This document shows, piece by piece, positions 1 to 10,024 of a stretch of DNA of 64,000 nucleotides (within the stretch, counting starts at the first letter, position 1; every line of letters starts with the position of its first letter). The stretch comes from a virus. Taxonomy: Duplodnaviria > Caudoviricetes. The notes beneath the pieces are model-generated. The model was not told where the DNA came from. It saw only the letters and a program-made list of their open reading frames with translations, and did not search any database. The stretch spans positions 32,001 to 96,000 of the IMG/VR virus record IMGVR_UViG_3300025267_000006; one strand, 5' to 3'. The position numbers and the translations under genes were made by a program.

Positions 1-22
1 ATCAAATAGAGAAGGAGAGTCA

Positions 23-480
23 ATGAGTACAGACACAAAGACGCTACAAGAGAGGTTGGACACCGGAGAGAAGATTTCCATCCCAATACATCCCGATGTA
101 CGATTCGCCATGCTGGCAGCACGAGCAAGCGGTATGTTGGGGGACAGAGCCTACAAGCGAGTTTTTGACTTGGAGCCTACTGACATAGGGATGCTGATAG
201 CGTTCTGCGAGGACTTGAAATCATGCAAAGAGCGTGAGACTCCAGAGCAGAAAAAAGCAAGGGGAGCCTAATGTGGATACAAATGGTAACTGATGCGGTA
301 AGGGAACAATACGAAGTGAGGGAGTGCGTAGTCTGCACCTACCTGATTGCTAATGACCTAAATTATGGGCGCAGGGCTAATGCTTATGACTCAAACATTT
401 GCGAGGTTTGTGAAGTAAGACCATATGACCTTGATGCAGATGAAGTAGAAGCCTATCCAACTAATGTGCTTGTCAAATAA
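23..480 (+). CDS. two small hypothetical early proteins (23-271, 271-480)
   Basis: ORFs coupled by a TAATG overlap, GGAG RBS before 23; no recognised motif. Confidence 0.55.
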
Positions 481-498
481 TCTAACTGGTGGTATAAT
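466..498 (+). promoter_or_regulatory. sigma70-type promoter GTGC-TTGTCA-N17-TATAAT
   Basis: -35 at 470-475, -10 at 493-498, AAAGGAG RBS downstream. Confidence 0.75.
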
Positions 499-523
499 AC
501 TAACAAATAGAAAAGGAGTGGTT

Positions 524-739
524 ATGGCAATTGAAACCGAAGACGCTGTAAGGTTCTTATCGAGTACACGAGGGAAGCTGATGATGGCCCGTGCCTTGCA
601 CTACGGCATCAAAGAGTTGAGCAAGGTGGAAGGTGTCCACAGAGAGAGTGGCGACATAGCAGATATGCAGTACCTAAAGGATGAACTCTTTAACTTCCCT
701 GTGGAGATTCTAGAGCCGTCCAAGATAGAGGTGAACTAA
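524..739 (+). CDS. hypothetical protein (likely start MAIETED at 524, not 464)
   Basis: ATG 524 follows AAAAGGAG and the promoter. Confidence 0.6.
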   Translation: MAIETEDAVRFLSSTRGKLMMARALHYGIKELSKVEGVHRESGDIADMQYLKDELFNFPVEILEPSKIEVN

Positions 740-843
740 TGGCTAATAAAGGAATAGGAATCGGAGAATGCGAAGATCATGGGGAGTATTTTTTAGATAC
801 CACTGATAGTCCGTGTCCCTCATGCGAGGAAGAGGTGAACTAA
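739..843 (+). CDS. 34-aa Cys/His microprotein MANKGIGIGECEDHGEYFLDTTDSPCPSCEEEVN (not in ORF track)
   Basis: translated by hand; fills the gap exactly, GAGGTG RBS, CxxH...CxxC. Confidence 0.6.
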   Translation: MANKGIGIGECEDHGEYFLDTTDSPCPSCEEEVN

Positions 844-2124
844 ATGAGTACAATCGCAATTCAAGTATCTGAGGTCGCAGTCGAGAAGTGGTTAGTTGAC
901 CATGCTAGTGACGGCAATAAATATCCCGATGCCTTGACCAAACTAACTGACCTAATAAATGAAACGTGGTCAGGTGGTGGAGAAGGTATGCCAACAATGC
1001 AAGAGTTACGCAACGACATATTAGAATACAACCGTGAGGTGAACTAATGGCTAAGATCAAAAGTATAGGTAAAGCAGAGTGCAGGATACTCAGTGATGAA
1101 CTAGAAGTAGTGATCCAGCGTACCTTGAACAAGTACGGCTTGACGGCATCATATGCCACTGGCAGGTACGCAGGTCATACCGCTACCCTCTCGTTCAAGG
1201 TAGATGTTCCTGCTATGGCGGAGAAGGTCGCTAACAGGGATGCCGAGTACATAGGGGCAAAGTTCAATGTGGGCCATGTATTCAACTCCAACGGAGAGGA
1301 GTTCAAAGTCACTGGCTTTAACCTGAGAAGGCGGAAGTATCCTGTCAGTGCCGATAACACCCGAACAGGTAAAAGCTACAAGTTTACTGTAGAGAACATC
1401 AACCGCAATATCCAAATTGCCGAGATGTTCGAGAAGAGCCGAGAAAAGGAAAAGGTGACAGCATAATGGACATCACTCTAAAGAACGTCAAGATTTACGC
1501 AGGTCTATCCGAAGAGACTATTGCCTTCAATGCCTCAGTCTACATTGATGGCAAAAAGGTCGGAGAGGCCAAGAACAATGGTCATGGTGGTGCTAATGAT
1601 GTAGATGTTCGAGACAAGGATGGTCGCTGGAACAGGGACTTACTTCAGAAAATGGAAACTGAAGCAGCAACACACACTTGGTCGTATGAAAACAAACAAC
1701 TTAACCATGACTTGGATTCGTACATAGGTGAGCTAGTGGACGATGTCCAAGAGCAGCGTGACCTAAAGCGAAAATGCAAGACTCAGACACTCTTTCGTAT
1801 TCCAGACGAAGTCTATGAGGACGGTGAGTACCACGTAATGAAGCGAAAGTACGACGACACCGTGAAGTCTTACCTACTCAAATCACACGGCGACAAGATC
1901 GACATACTCAACGAAAGGATAAAGTAATGGCTTACACGTACAGAGCAGACGTATCCATGCAAGTAGACCTTGAGATAGAGGCTGAGTCCTATGCTGTAGC
2001 AGAGGAACTGATTCAACAGTACCTTGCTCCAGTTAGCGATGACGGAAGGGTTAGCGTCCATTCAAATGATGGAATCACCCTGGACAACATCTCAAGTGAT
2101 GACGACCCGGCAGATGACGATTAA
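844..2124 (+). CDS. run of four coupled hypothetical early genes (844-1047, 1047-1466, 1466-1927, 1927-2124)
   Basis: TAATG overlaps; 1466-1927 has an SEET.AF.A......K.G...N.G.GG motif I recognise from uncharacterised phage proteins. Confidence 0.65.
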
Positions 2125-2148
2125 CTAGCCCCTAGCCCAGGTCCAATG

Positions 2149-2180
2149 AAACCCGGAATCTTTATGGTTCCGGGTTTTTT
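2149..2180 (+). terminator. intrinsic terminator
   Basis: AAACCCGGAA...TTCCGGGTTT stem followed by a T run, right after the 2124 stop. Confidence 0.8.
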
Positions 2181-2288
2181 ATTGCCCGGGATCCCTCCCA
2201 GGTCCCACAACATCTTTCCCTTACGTGAGCTTCGAGGTCCACGTCCGCCCCGGGACCTCGACCCAGGTGACAGGACCCAGACAAATCC

Positions 2289-2384
2289 TTGACTTGAAAT
2301 ATCCATAGCAGTAAACTTGAGTTAGCTCGTATCACATGTATCGGTGTAGACGTGCTTGACAAGTGTGTCGTCTTCCTATATACT
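2289..2384 (+). promoter_or_regulatory. tandem sigma70 promoters TTGACT-N17-TAAACT (2289-2317) and GTGC-TTGACA-N17-TATACT (2352-2384)
   Basis: direct match to consensus with 17-nt spacers. Confidence 0.75.
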
Positions 2385-2423
2385 GTAGATAGTTCAAATA
2401 GAGATACAGAGAAGGAGTACGAC

Positions 2424-2612
2424 TTGAAGATTACGATACCAGCAGAGAAGAATTCAACATTGATATTTGAGGATAACGAGCAGTACAACATCGCAGTCGG
2501 TGTTAAACAGCATAGTTGGTATGAGGTATCCCTCGTTGATCATAAAGGGGTCGCCTTGTGGACAAGCAAGGTGGACAAGGCGGATATCAAACGCCTAGCC
2601 AAGGCATCGTAA
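2424..2612 (+). CDS. hypothetical protein (TTG start after AAGGAG)
   Basis: the track start at 2352 lies inside the promoter; the RBS supports 2424. Confidence 0.55.
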   Translation: MKITIPAEKNSTLIFEDNEQYNIAVGVKQHSWYEVSLVDHKGVALWTSKVDKADIKRLAKAS

Positions 2613-2715
2613 AAAATAGGCATCTAACCGTCCTTTGCAAGGGTTTGAGTACAGCGGTTAGTGTAAGTCCTATTTTTATGCTTATGGTTATGATTCAAAA
2701 AGGAGTTAATGGTTT

Positions 2716-3150
2716 ATGAATGATATTACCGACATGCCTATGTCCGCTGTGAGGGTGGACGTATATAAGAACCTCCACAAGAACACATGGAGCATACGGA
2801 GCAGGACTACTGGACGAGTGATAACTCACTCGGACAACGTACTGGTGAAGGATGCCACATTCGTAGTTCAGCCTGGTGGTAGGAAGCGAGTCCTGACGGA
2901 GAAGCGAAAAAATGTCCATGCATTCGTCCGAGGCGTTATAGCACCACTGCCAAGCCTCACGACATTCGAGACTCCGTGCGACGTACAGGTCAAGTACAAC
3001 CCTTACCGTGCCGACCACTTCTATGAGGTCGAAACAGAGAAGGTCGTTAAATCGGCTCCAATAGTAGTTTTGGATACCAAGGGTGCTTGGATACAAAAAA
3101 ACGGCTCTACGGAGCAGACAGAGGGCTTAGAAGGGAGGTCAGGAGTATGA
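2716..3150 (+). CDS. conserved phage hypothetical protein
   Basis: VYKNLHK..WS...GRV...V.PGGRKRVL.EKRKNVHAFVRG motif common in phage proteins; AAAGGAG RBS. Confidence 0.7.
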   Translation: MNDITDMPMSAVRVDVYKNLHKNTWSIRSRTTGRVITHSDNVLVKDATFVVQPGGRKRVLTEKRKNVHAFVRGVIAPLPSLTTFETPCDVQVKYNPYRADHFYEVETEKVVKSAPIVVLDTKGAWIQKNGSTEQTEGLEGRSGV

Positions 3151-3303
3151 GCATAGCCGAGGTTCTATTGATTATTGGAACCTTTGGGATTTGTACAGGC
3201 GTATGGACGACCCTGTTTGTCATTCTGAAACAGAACTCGAAGGACAACCAAACGACATGGGTAAATGTAAAACCTAATAAAGTCTAACTAAGGAGAAAAT
3301 AGA

Positions 3304-3759
3304 TTGGTATATAACGCAGTAGTTAAGGTGAACAAAGTGAAGAACCTATCGAGACAAAAGATTTACAATGCCTTCCTCTCTGATGACTATAGGAATATTC
3401 CTCAGTCATTCATAAGCCGATTGGGCAATGCCAGGTGGGCTTCCATGCTGGACACTCCCGGCTTCTTCCATGACACTGATGGATACACTCTGTCTCTAGA
3501 AGTCCCTGGGACTAAGAAAGAGGACATAGAGGTCAGGGTTGACCCCGTGGGCCGTACCCTGGGAGTAGTGGTCAAGGAATACAGTATCGAGGTCGATGAG
3601 AACAAGGAAGTGGTCAAACAGCAATACGCCGTATCTATCCCAGGTGGGGCGGATGTCTCCGAGGACCCGAAGGCGACACTTGAACTTGGAATCCTATCCA
3701 TAACCTTCCCAGAGGATGTGGCTACCAAGCCTCGGATCATAGAGGTGACAGTAGAGTAA
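3304..3759 (+). CDS. small heat-shock protein (Hsp20/alpha-crystallin domain)
   Basis: YTLSLEVPGTKKEDIEV...ATLELGILSITFP and C-terminal IEV (IxI/V) motif. Confidence 0.8.
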   Translation: MVYNAVVKVNKVKNLSRQKIYNAFLSDDYRNIPQSFISRLGNARWASMLDTPGFFHDTDGYTLSLEVPGTKKEDIEVRVDPVGRTLGVVVKEYSIEVDENKEVVKQQYAVSIPGGADVSEDPKATLELGILSITFPEDVATKPRIIEVTVE

Positions 3760-3777
3760 ACCCCCTACGGGGGTTTA
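3757..3777 (+). terminator. hairpin/terminator after hsp20
   Basis: TAAACCCCC-TAC-GGGGGTTTA. Confidence 0.6.
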
Positions 3778-3780
3778 TCC

Positions 3781-3878
3781 CGGAGCAGGGCGTAGAGGTG
3801 TATATACGAAAGGGTGCGACGGTGTGCACTGTGAAACTCTCACCAGGGACTCACAATATTATCCCGTTCCCTGCTCCG
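3781..3878 (+). ncRNA. candidate structured RNA element A
   Basis: 10-bp perfect closing stem CGGAGCAGGG/CCCTGCTCCG with internal hairpins; family not recognised. Confidence 0.35.
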
Positions 3879-3896
3879 TAATTGATTCATAAACTT

Positions 3897-3922
3897 GAAA
3901 AGCCCCCTTTAGGGGGCTTTTC
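3897..3922. terminator. intrinsic (possibly bidirectional) terminator
   Basis: GAAAAGCCCCCT-TT-AGGGGGCTTTTC. Confidence 0.8.
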
Positions 3923-4065
3923 CTATTCCCGTACCTGGCCGCCCGGGATCTACATCTTTCCCTTACGGGTTCAGGGTCCTGCTCATGGGTCCAGGACCTT
4001 CATCCCCAGCCGGGGGCCATTCTAGTGGCTCTAACGATATGGTAACCCAGGCCGAAACCCAGGGT

Positions 4066-4290
4066 GTCTTTATGAATGATATACGGAGCAAGAGATTTGC
4101 ACAGAATATCATTCATAAAGACTTTACTAGCACTATACCAATCCTGCTCACTGTCAAATTTAGCCCTGATTTACTAGCACTATAACTCCACCCCTCTTAT
4201 GTATACATAAGAGGGAATAGAGTAACGACCAATTGCAAGTGGAATACTTAGCACTATACCAAAACCCCTACTCTGTCAAAGAGGCTCCTG
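4066..4290. repeat. cluster of inverted and direct repeats (origin-like)
   Basis: 17-bp perfect IR (4066-4082/4106-4122), 24-bp palindrome 4192-4215, three TAGCACTATA copies. Confidence 0.7.
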
Positions 4291-4836
4291 TCGATTTCAG
4301 ATTAGGTAGGCAACGAACACACAAATCGACAATACCATATAGGGATTGCACTTAGTAGAGTGTGACGTAGAAAACAATTAACGAGATGATAGGATTATAC
4401 TGTAAAGGATAGTGGAGTTGCATCTTATGGTTATGGTTTATGATTAAAGATGCACTTTATGGTTATGATGTTTATGACTAGAGGGTTATGTCTATGTTTA
4501 CTGATGAGTCCAGGCTCATAGGGATAGCGTTCTTAACTGTCTGTATACTTATACTTCTGTACTACATATGATCCTTTATCGATGGCCCCGGTTTATGTGT
4601 GGAGTGATGTCTTACTTGTAGTGGTATATCTCTTATGATTTATAGACTATAAATATCCTATGGCCCGCCACGGATACAAAATACGGATACTAATTCAGGG
4701 GACCGGAAATTCGTAGCTAAATATTCCTGAATGTTCCCGAAAAACGCCCGAAACTCCCCCGAACTTCCCCCTATTCTCTCCCTATTCTCTACGCTATATT
4801 TAATTATTTTCACCTGTCCGCCCCCACCTCAATATC

Positions 4837-4869
4837 GTGCTTGACACATGTAAAGAATAATAGTATAAT
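4837..4869 (+). promoter_or_regulatory. promoter GTGC-TTGACA-N17-TATAAT
   Basis: perfect consensus. Confidence 0.85.
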
Positions 4870-4906
4870 CTTATTAGTTGGATAATACATTTGAGGAGAT
4901 AGCTAG

Positions 4907-5413
4907 ATGGTCACCTACAACAAGTTCTATCATTACGTTCCCAAAGACCCCCAGGACATGACCCTCGATGAACTCAATGATGAGATGGAGTCATGCAAGC
5001 ATTGGGAGCAAGAGTGCATCAAGATTGGTCAGGGTATCAATAGTAAGGAGAATCTCCGAGAACGTAGAATCGGGGCCGAACTCAATCGTAGATCAGAGAT
5101 GAATAACAATACCTATAACCAGAAAATAGAGGATGGAGTCTGCATCAAGTGCAATGGTGACGATGTGGAATGCCTGGAAAATTGCACCAAGCATGTGTGC
5201 ATCAATTGCAAATTCACCATGTGGGACATCACAGAAGATTCCTACAGGGCTGAATACGATAATATGCCCTGCCTAGAATGTGGTGAGCCTGTAAATGGTG
5301 AAGGTGTCTTCTCTACTGGTACTCCATTGGAATACCACAATCCAGCCCCCGGCGAACTTCTCAAGAATCTCTGGATGGAATGTGGAAATTGTGGATGGAA
5401 CCAGTACTCCTGA
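4907..5413 (+). CDS. Cys-rich hypothetical protein with two Zn-ribbon-like CxxC pairs
   Basis: CIKC, CINC, CLEC, CGNC; GAGGAG RBS. Confidence 0.65.
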   Translation: MVTYNKFYHYVPKDPQDMTLDELNDEMESCKHWEQECIKIGQGINSKENLRERRIGAELNRRSEMNNNTYNQKIEDGVCIKCNGDDVECLENCTKHVCINCKFTMWDITEDSYRAEYDNMPCLECGEPVNGEGVFSTGTPLEYHNPAPGELLKNLWMECGNCGWNQYS

Positions 5414-5414
5414 T

Positions 5415-5447
5415 GTGCTTGACACATTACACAATATCCTATATAAT
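5415..5447 (+). promoter_or_regulatory. promoter GTGC-TTGACA-N17-TATAAT
   Basis: perfect consensus. Confidence 0.85.
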
Positions 5448-5453
5448 GGAATA

Positions 5454-5574
5454 GATGAGGTTGGGTGGCACTCCGATATAAGCCATAGGACAGTTAGGGC
5501 AAAGCCAACCCTGCAAGTTATAGGAAATCGGTGAAGCGACTCGCTTTAGTCCAGTATCCGTTCCCAGCCTCATC
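5454..5574 (+). ncRNA. candidate structured RNA element B (5' leader of the methyltransferase gene)
   Basis: starts at the predicted TSS; 12-bp closing stem GATGAGGTTGGG/CCCAGCCTCATC with one G-U. Confidence 0.4.
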
Positions 5575-5601
5575 ACAACAATAACAAAGGAGTCAGACTG
5601 A

Positions 5602-6657
5602 ATGACAATCAAGAACAACTATCCAAATGGTGAATGTCCTGACTGCTACGAGAACATTCCTGACAATGCATCGCATGGAGATGGATGCAGTAACTGTGGT
5701 CACGTTTTCTACTCTTCTGGCAGCAAATTCACTTTCATAGACCTATGTGCTGGGATCGGCGGATTCCGCATTGGCCTACAGGCTCTTGGTGGAGAGTGTG
5801 TCTACACTGCTGAGTGGAACAAGTTCGCTAGATACACCTACGAGACTAATTTCGGTGGCACTGTCGAGGGCCACGATATTAACGAGATCATCCCCAGTGA
5901 AGTCCCAGACCACGATATCCTGACATGTGGATTCCCATGTGTCTCGTTCTCTAATGCTGGGGCCAAGAAGGGATTTGAAGACCCTAGAACAGAGGTATTC
6001 TGGTCAACTATGGACATCGTAGCTGAGAAGCGTCCAAAGATAGTCATCTTTGAGAACGTGCGAGGTGTCCTCAAGTACAGAGACATCATCGAACAATCGT
6101 TCAATGAACGTGGCTATGACCTGCATACAGAACTTCTTGTCAGTAAAGACTTTGGAGTGCCTCAAAATCGAGTACGGGCCTTTCTGGTAGGCATTGATAG
6201 AAGTCTGAATATCAGCGAACAATTCCAATTTCCAGGCACTGGCTTATTTGGCAATAGCTACCCTAGCAGAACTCTGGGAGACATACTTCAAGGCACTCTC
6301 GGCAATGGAATTGAGGACAAGTATGAAGTCTCCGATAAGCGTTGGGGAACCATGCAGGAACACAAGGCGAGACATGCCAACAAAGGCAATGGTTATGGTT
6401 TCCAACTCAAAACTGCAACTGAAGTTGCACCCACGATTCAACATAGGTATTACAAGGATGGTTCCGATTGCCTAATTGATGATGGCGTAGGTAGGAATCC
6501 AAGACGATTGACTCCCAGAGAGGTCGCAAGAGTCATGGGATTCTCAGATGAATATGCAATCCCTGTTAGCGACACCCAAGCGTACATGCAGTTTGGAAAT
6601 GCAGTATGCCCCCCTGTAGTCGAGTCACTTGGAAGGCAAATAGTTCCACTGATTTGA
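5602..6657 (+). CDS. DNA (cytosine-5) methyltransferase with N-terminal Zn ribbon
   Basis: motifs FIDLCAGIGG, GFPC, ENV, QNRVR, RRLTPRE, GNAV. Confidence 0.95.
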   Translation: MTIKNNYPNGECPDCYENIPDNASHGDGCSNCGHVFYSSGSKFTFIDLCAGIGGFRIGLQALGGECVYTAEWNKFARYTYETNFGGTVEGHDINEIIPSEVPDHDILTCGFPCVSFSNAGAKKGFEDPRTEVFWSTMDIVAEKRPKIVIFENVRGVLKYRDIIEQSFNERGYDLHTELLVSKDFGVPQNRVRAFLVGIDRSLNISEQFQFPGTGLFGNSYPSRTLGDILQGTLGNGIEDKYEVSDKRWGTMQEHKARHANKGNGYGFQLKTATEVAPTIQHRYYKDGSDCLIDDGVGRNPRRLTPREVARVMGFSDEYAIPVSDTQAYMQFGNAVCPPVVESLGRQIVPLI

Positions 6658-6704
6658 AACTAAAATGCAACTGAACTGCAACTAAAGAAAAGGAGAAAGA
6701 GTTT

Positions 6705-8911
6705 ATGGATAATTATGAAGTGTCCGTCACAAAGGTATTTGGAGTAGCGGTTACACATACTGCCACCGTCCAAGCAAACGACTTGGCTGAAGCCCAGGAC
6801 AATGCTAAAGATATTGTTGGATGGACCGAAGTTTATAACTCCATAACTCAGAGCAATATGAGCGACTCTTATGAGTTTGCTGAGATTGTAGTAGATGGAA
6901 AGGTTATGGAAGACACGTTCTTCTCCAACCACCTTCTCAGGGAAGCCGTGGAAATCAATAAGGAAAACCAATGCCAGCCCCCTCTATTAGAGCCACGATA
7001 GACGTGAATAGCTACGGTGCTTGACACGTATAGATTTATATGATAAATTAAAATATGAGGTTGAGGAGAACGTGATGACAGTGATTCATAAGGGGGGGCC
7101 ACATGAAGCGTGGAAATACCCCGACACCAAGCTCCGATGGGCCTTGTGTGCCGAGGGCGCAAACTTTGACAAAGTTCTCGTTACAGACGGTACGAAATGG
7201 GTGACATCGTATGCTCACAATGAAGTGACATGTAAGCGATGTGTACGGATTCTCACTTCAAGAGGCACCTACTAGCCTCAGAGGCCGAAAAAGGAACCAC
7301 AACATGAGTATCTCAATCGAACACAATAGACAGACTGACAACGTAAACATGAAGATGACGACTGAAGAATTCTTGGGAATGTTTTGGGTCATTATGGGTA
7401 AGGTACGTCCAGATGAATTAAACAGTCTAGATATTGGCGCAAGGTCGTTAAGAGAAGCCATTGGACAATCCATGGACTTACTTGATGGTTTTGAAGATGA
7501 GGCCCACCAAGCCTACATTAAAGAAGCTATCGCAGAAGTTGAAAATATCATCAATCAAAATTTGGATGGTTAGCATACTGATAATGAACAAACCCGAACA
7601 TATAGCAGAGGTAGAAAAAACAGCCGTTAAAGTTCGCAGAACTCATCGAACTTGGCTTGCCTCTGAGACTGCCCTACAACGAACCATAGCTAAATTTGTA
7701 ACTGTAATGAAGAGAGCGAGATCATAGAAAAATATGGAATACCTCGGTATAGCAGTAATAATTGTTGGCCTCATGATTTTCGGTACTGGATGGCTACAGT
7801 ACAACCTAAAGTTACATGCAATTTTTCTTTTTGTGTATTGGTTATGGGCAATGGGATCAAGCGCATCTAACGGAACCTCTTATGATTTAGCCTATTTGTT
7901 ACCCCTGATAATAACTGCTCACTACACCCTGCATTGGGTACTAAAACAAGGAAAGAATTATGGAAAAAACATACCGTATCCAACTACGCACAGAGATTTA
8001 CGGGACATACATTCTCCAGATGAAAAATCTCTCTGAAACTAATGACGATGAAGTAATGGATGCAGTCATCGATAAGCTAGATAAAGAATTAAAAAAGAAA
8101 GAACCCGGAGAGGATTTCCACTTAGAAGATTCATTCACTGAATTCGGTGGCTTTATGAGTATTGAAGAAGAGACTCCTTCTGGAAATTACATTCAATTAT
8201 TGGGGCAAAAACATGAGTAAAAGAAATAACAAACGTAGAGCAGGGTACTTTACGGGGGTACGGACGGGAATCAATCAGAAGCCCCTGGTGGGTGCAAGAG
8301 CAGATCGAAAGCCCCCCATAGATTCCAGGGTTGAGTGGAACGACGCTGCTCTGTTGGACGGCGACATAGCAGCAGCCAATGAAAAAATGGAAGAACTTAA
8401 AAATCAGTTTGCTGAATTGAGTACACAAGCAAAAAAAGAATTAAGGGGAACGACGCTGGATCAACAACTGAATACCTTACGGGATCGGGCGACAGAGTTT
8501 GAATCCGAAAGTAAGAGTTGGATACTAAGAGAGGGGGAGGAAACTCTCGCAGAGTTTTTTGAGGCATCGAGCGATGGGGACGACAATCAAAAACGGTTAG
8601 CTACACTTTATAGTGGCTTAATTGATTTCTACGGCAGAGAAGAAGCTGCCACTTTAATGGAACAATGGGTTAGTGAACATAGAAACTATTTCGATTTCCA
8701 AATACATAGACCAAAAGAACAGCCAGGTACAGATAACGACAATTTAGCCCCGTCTATGCAGTCGATAGATAACGTAGCTTTAGCAATAAAAGCATTCATA
8801 CTTTCTCGTATCGCATACCGAATGAAGTCTGGTGGGGATCATCAAACCATAAATATACGAGTCACTATGGACGATGGAATTGAGCGTAAAAATAGAACAT
8901 CATATGAATAA
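6705..8911 (+). CDS. cluster of hypothetical early genes (6705-7001, ~7072-7275, 7303-7573, 7583-7727, 7734-8036 membrane protein, 8020-8220, 8213-8911)
   Basis: closely packed ORFs; 7734-8036 has hydrophobic helices; starts adjusted by RBS or overlap. Confidence 0.5.
7017..7049 (+). promoter_or_regulatory. promoter GTGC-TTGACA-N17-TAAATT
   Basis: family match. Confidence 0.7.
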
Positions 8912-10022
8912 ACATATATCACTATTCTCAGGAGCCGGGGGACTGGACATTGGCCTAGCTAAAGCTGGCCTTGGAACCACATTCCGTATAGAAAAAGACA
9001 GGGATTGTTACAACACTCTTGAAGCCAACTCCTCTATTAATATCCTTATAGGCAGTGATGCCCAATGGGGTACTAAGAATATCCTGGGAGAAGTAAAAGA
9101 AAATCTACCATACATTCATCGAATTTCGAAAAGACGTAAGTTAGATTTTGACCTGATAAGTGGTGGCCCACCGTGCCAATCATTCTCTACGGCTGGCAAA
9201 CGTCAGGCTATGGAAGATGACCGTGGAAAGCTCATCATGGACTTCTTAGAGTACGTGAGAGTTCTCCAGCCTAGGTTCTTTGTCATGGAAAATGTCAGAG
9301 GACTTACATCAGCCTCTATAAAGCATCGACCTCTGAATAAACGTGGTAATGGTTACCCACCACTATCTATTGATGAAAAACCGGGAAGTCTGTTGAACAC
9401 TCGTATACTTCCAGCTATGGAACCATACCAAGTTATGTATGGAGTGTTGAATGCTCTGGACTATGGAAGTCCCCAGCATCGAGAACGTCTGATCTTTATA
9501 GGCAGCAGAGATGGGGAACTTCCCAATGTGCCGATAAAAGAATTTATAGTTCCTACCCACAGTGAACCTGTAACCCTAATGGATGCCATAGGTGATATTC
9601 AAAAAGATCCCGGGGAATACCAAGAGTACAGCCTAGCTAGGAAAGCTGTTTATGAATGCATCCCTGCTGGTAAGAACTGGAGATTTGTTCGTGATAGCGA
9701 TCAGTTCGATAAAGACGAAGTAAAGAAAATCATGGGCGGAGCATATAACTCTTCTGGAGGACGAGTAGGATTTTGGAGAAGGCTGTCTTTCGATAAGTGG
9801 TCACCAACCCTGACTACAAGCCCTATCCAAAAGGCGACAGGACTCTGTCATCCAGTACAGACCAGGCCACTCAGCATCAAAGAGTATGCTCGGATTCAAG
9901 GATTCCCAGACTCTTGGGAATTCAAGGGATCATTGAACTCTCGATACAAACAAATTGGAAATGCAGTGCCAATCCCCTTGGGTGAAGCCATAGGTAAATC
10001 TATAAAAGGACTAACAGGATAG
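8904..10022 (+). CDS. second DNA (cytosine-5) methyltransferase, Sau96I/SinI-like (GGNCC/GGWCC-type) target-recognition region
   Basis: SLFSGAGG, GGPPCQSFS, ENV, QHRER, GNAV; specificity inferred from the GKNWR...GGR.GFWRRL...SPTLTTSP.QK.T..CHP segment. Confidence 0.9.
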   Translation: MNKHISLFSGAGGLDIGLAKAGLGTTFRIEKDRDCYNTLEANSSINILIGSDAQWGTKNILGEVKENLPYIHRISKRRKLDFDLISGGPPCQSFSTAGKRQAMEDDRGKLIMDFLEYVRVLQPRFFVMENVRGLTSASIKHRPLNKRGNGYPPLSIDEKPGSLLNTRILPAMEPYQVMYGVLNALDYGSPQHRERLIFIGSRDGELPNVPIKEFIVPTHSEPVTLMDAIGDIQKDPGEYQEYSLARKAVYECIPAGKNWRFVRDSDQFDKDEVKKIMGGAYNSSGGRVGFWRRLSFDKWSPTLTTSPIQKATGLCHPVQTRPLSIKEYARIQGFPDSWEFKGSLNSRYKQIGNAVPIPLGEAIGKSIKGLTG

Positions 10023-10024
10023 CA

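Noticed and set aside
4126-4280. Reverse-strand TTGACA...TATAGT pairs as promoters
   Set aside because: Spacers are 14 and 15 nt rather than ~17 and no gene follows; kept only as repeats
5454-5574. Assignment to pistol or twister ribozyme or c-di-GMP riboswitch
   Set aside because: Only short fragments (GTTAGGGC, GGCAAAGCC, GCAAG) resemble them; the required pairings were not found by eye
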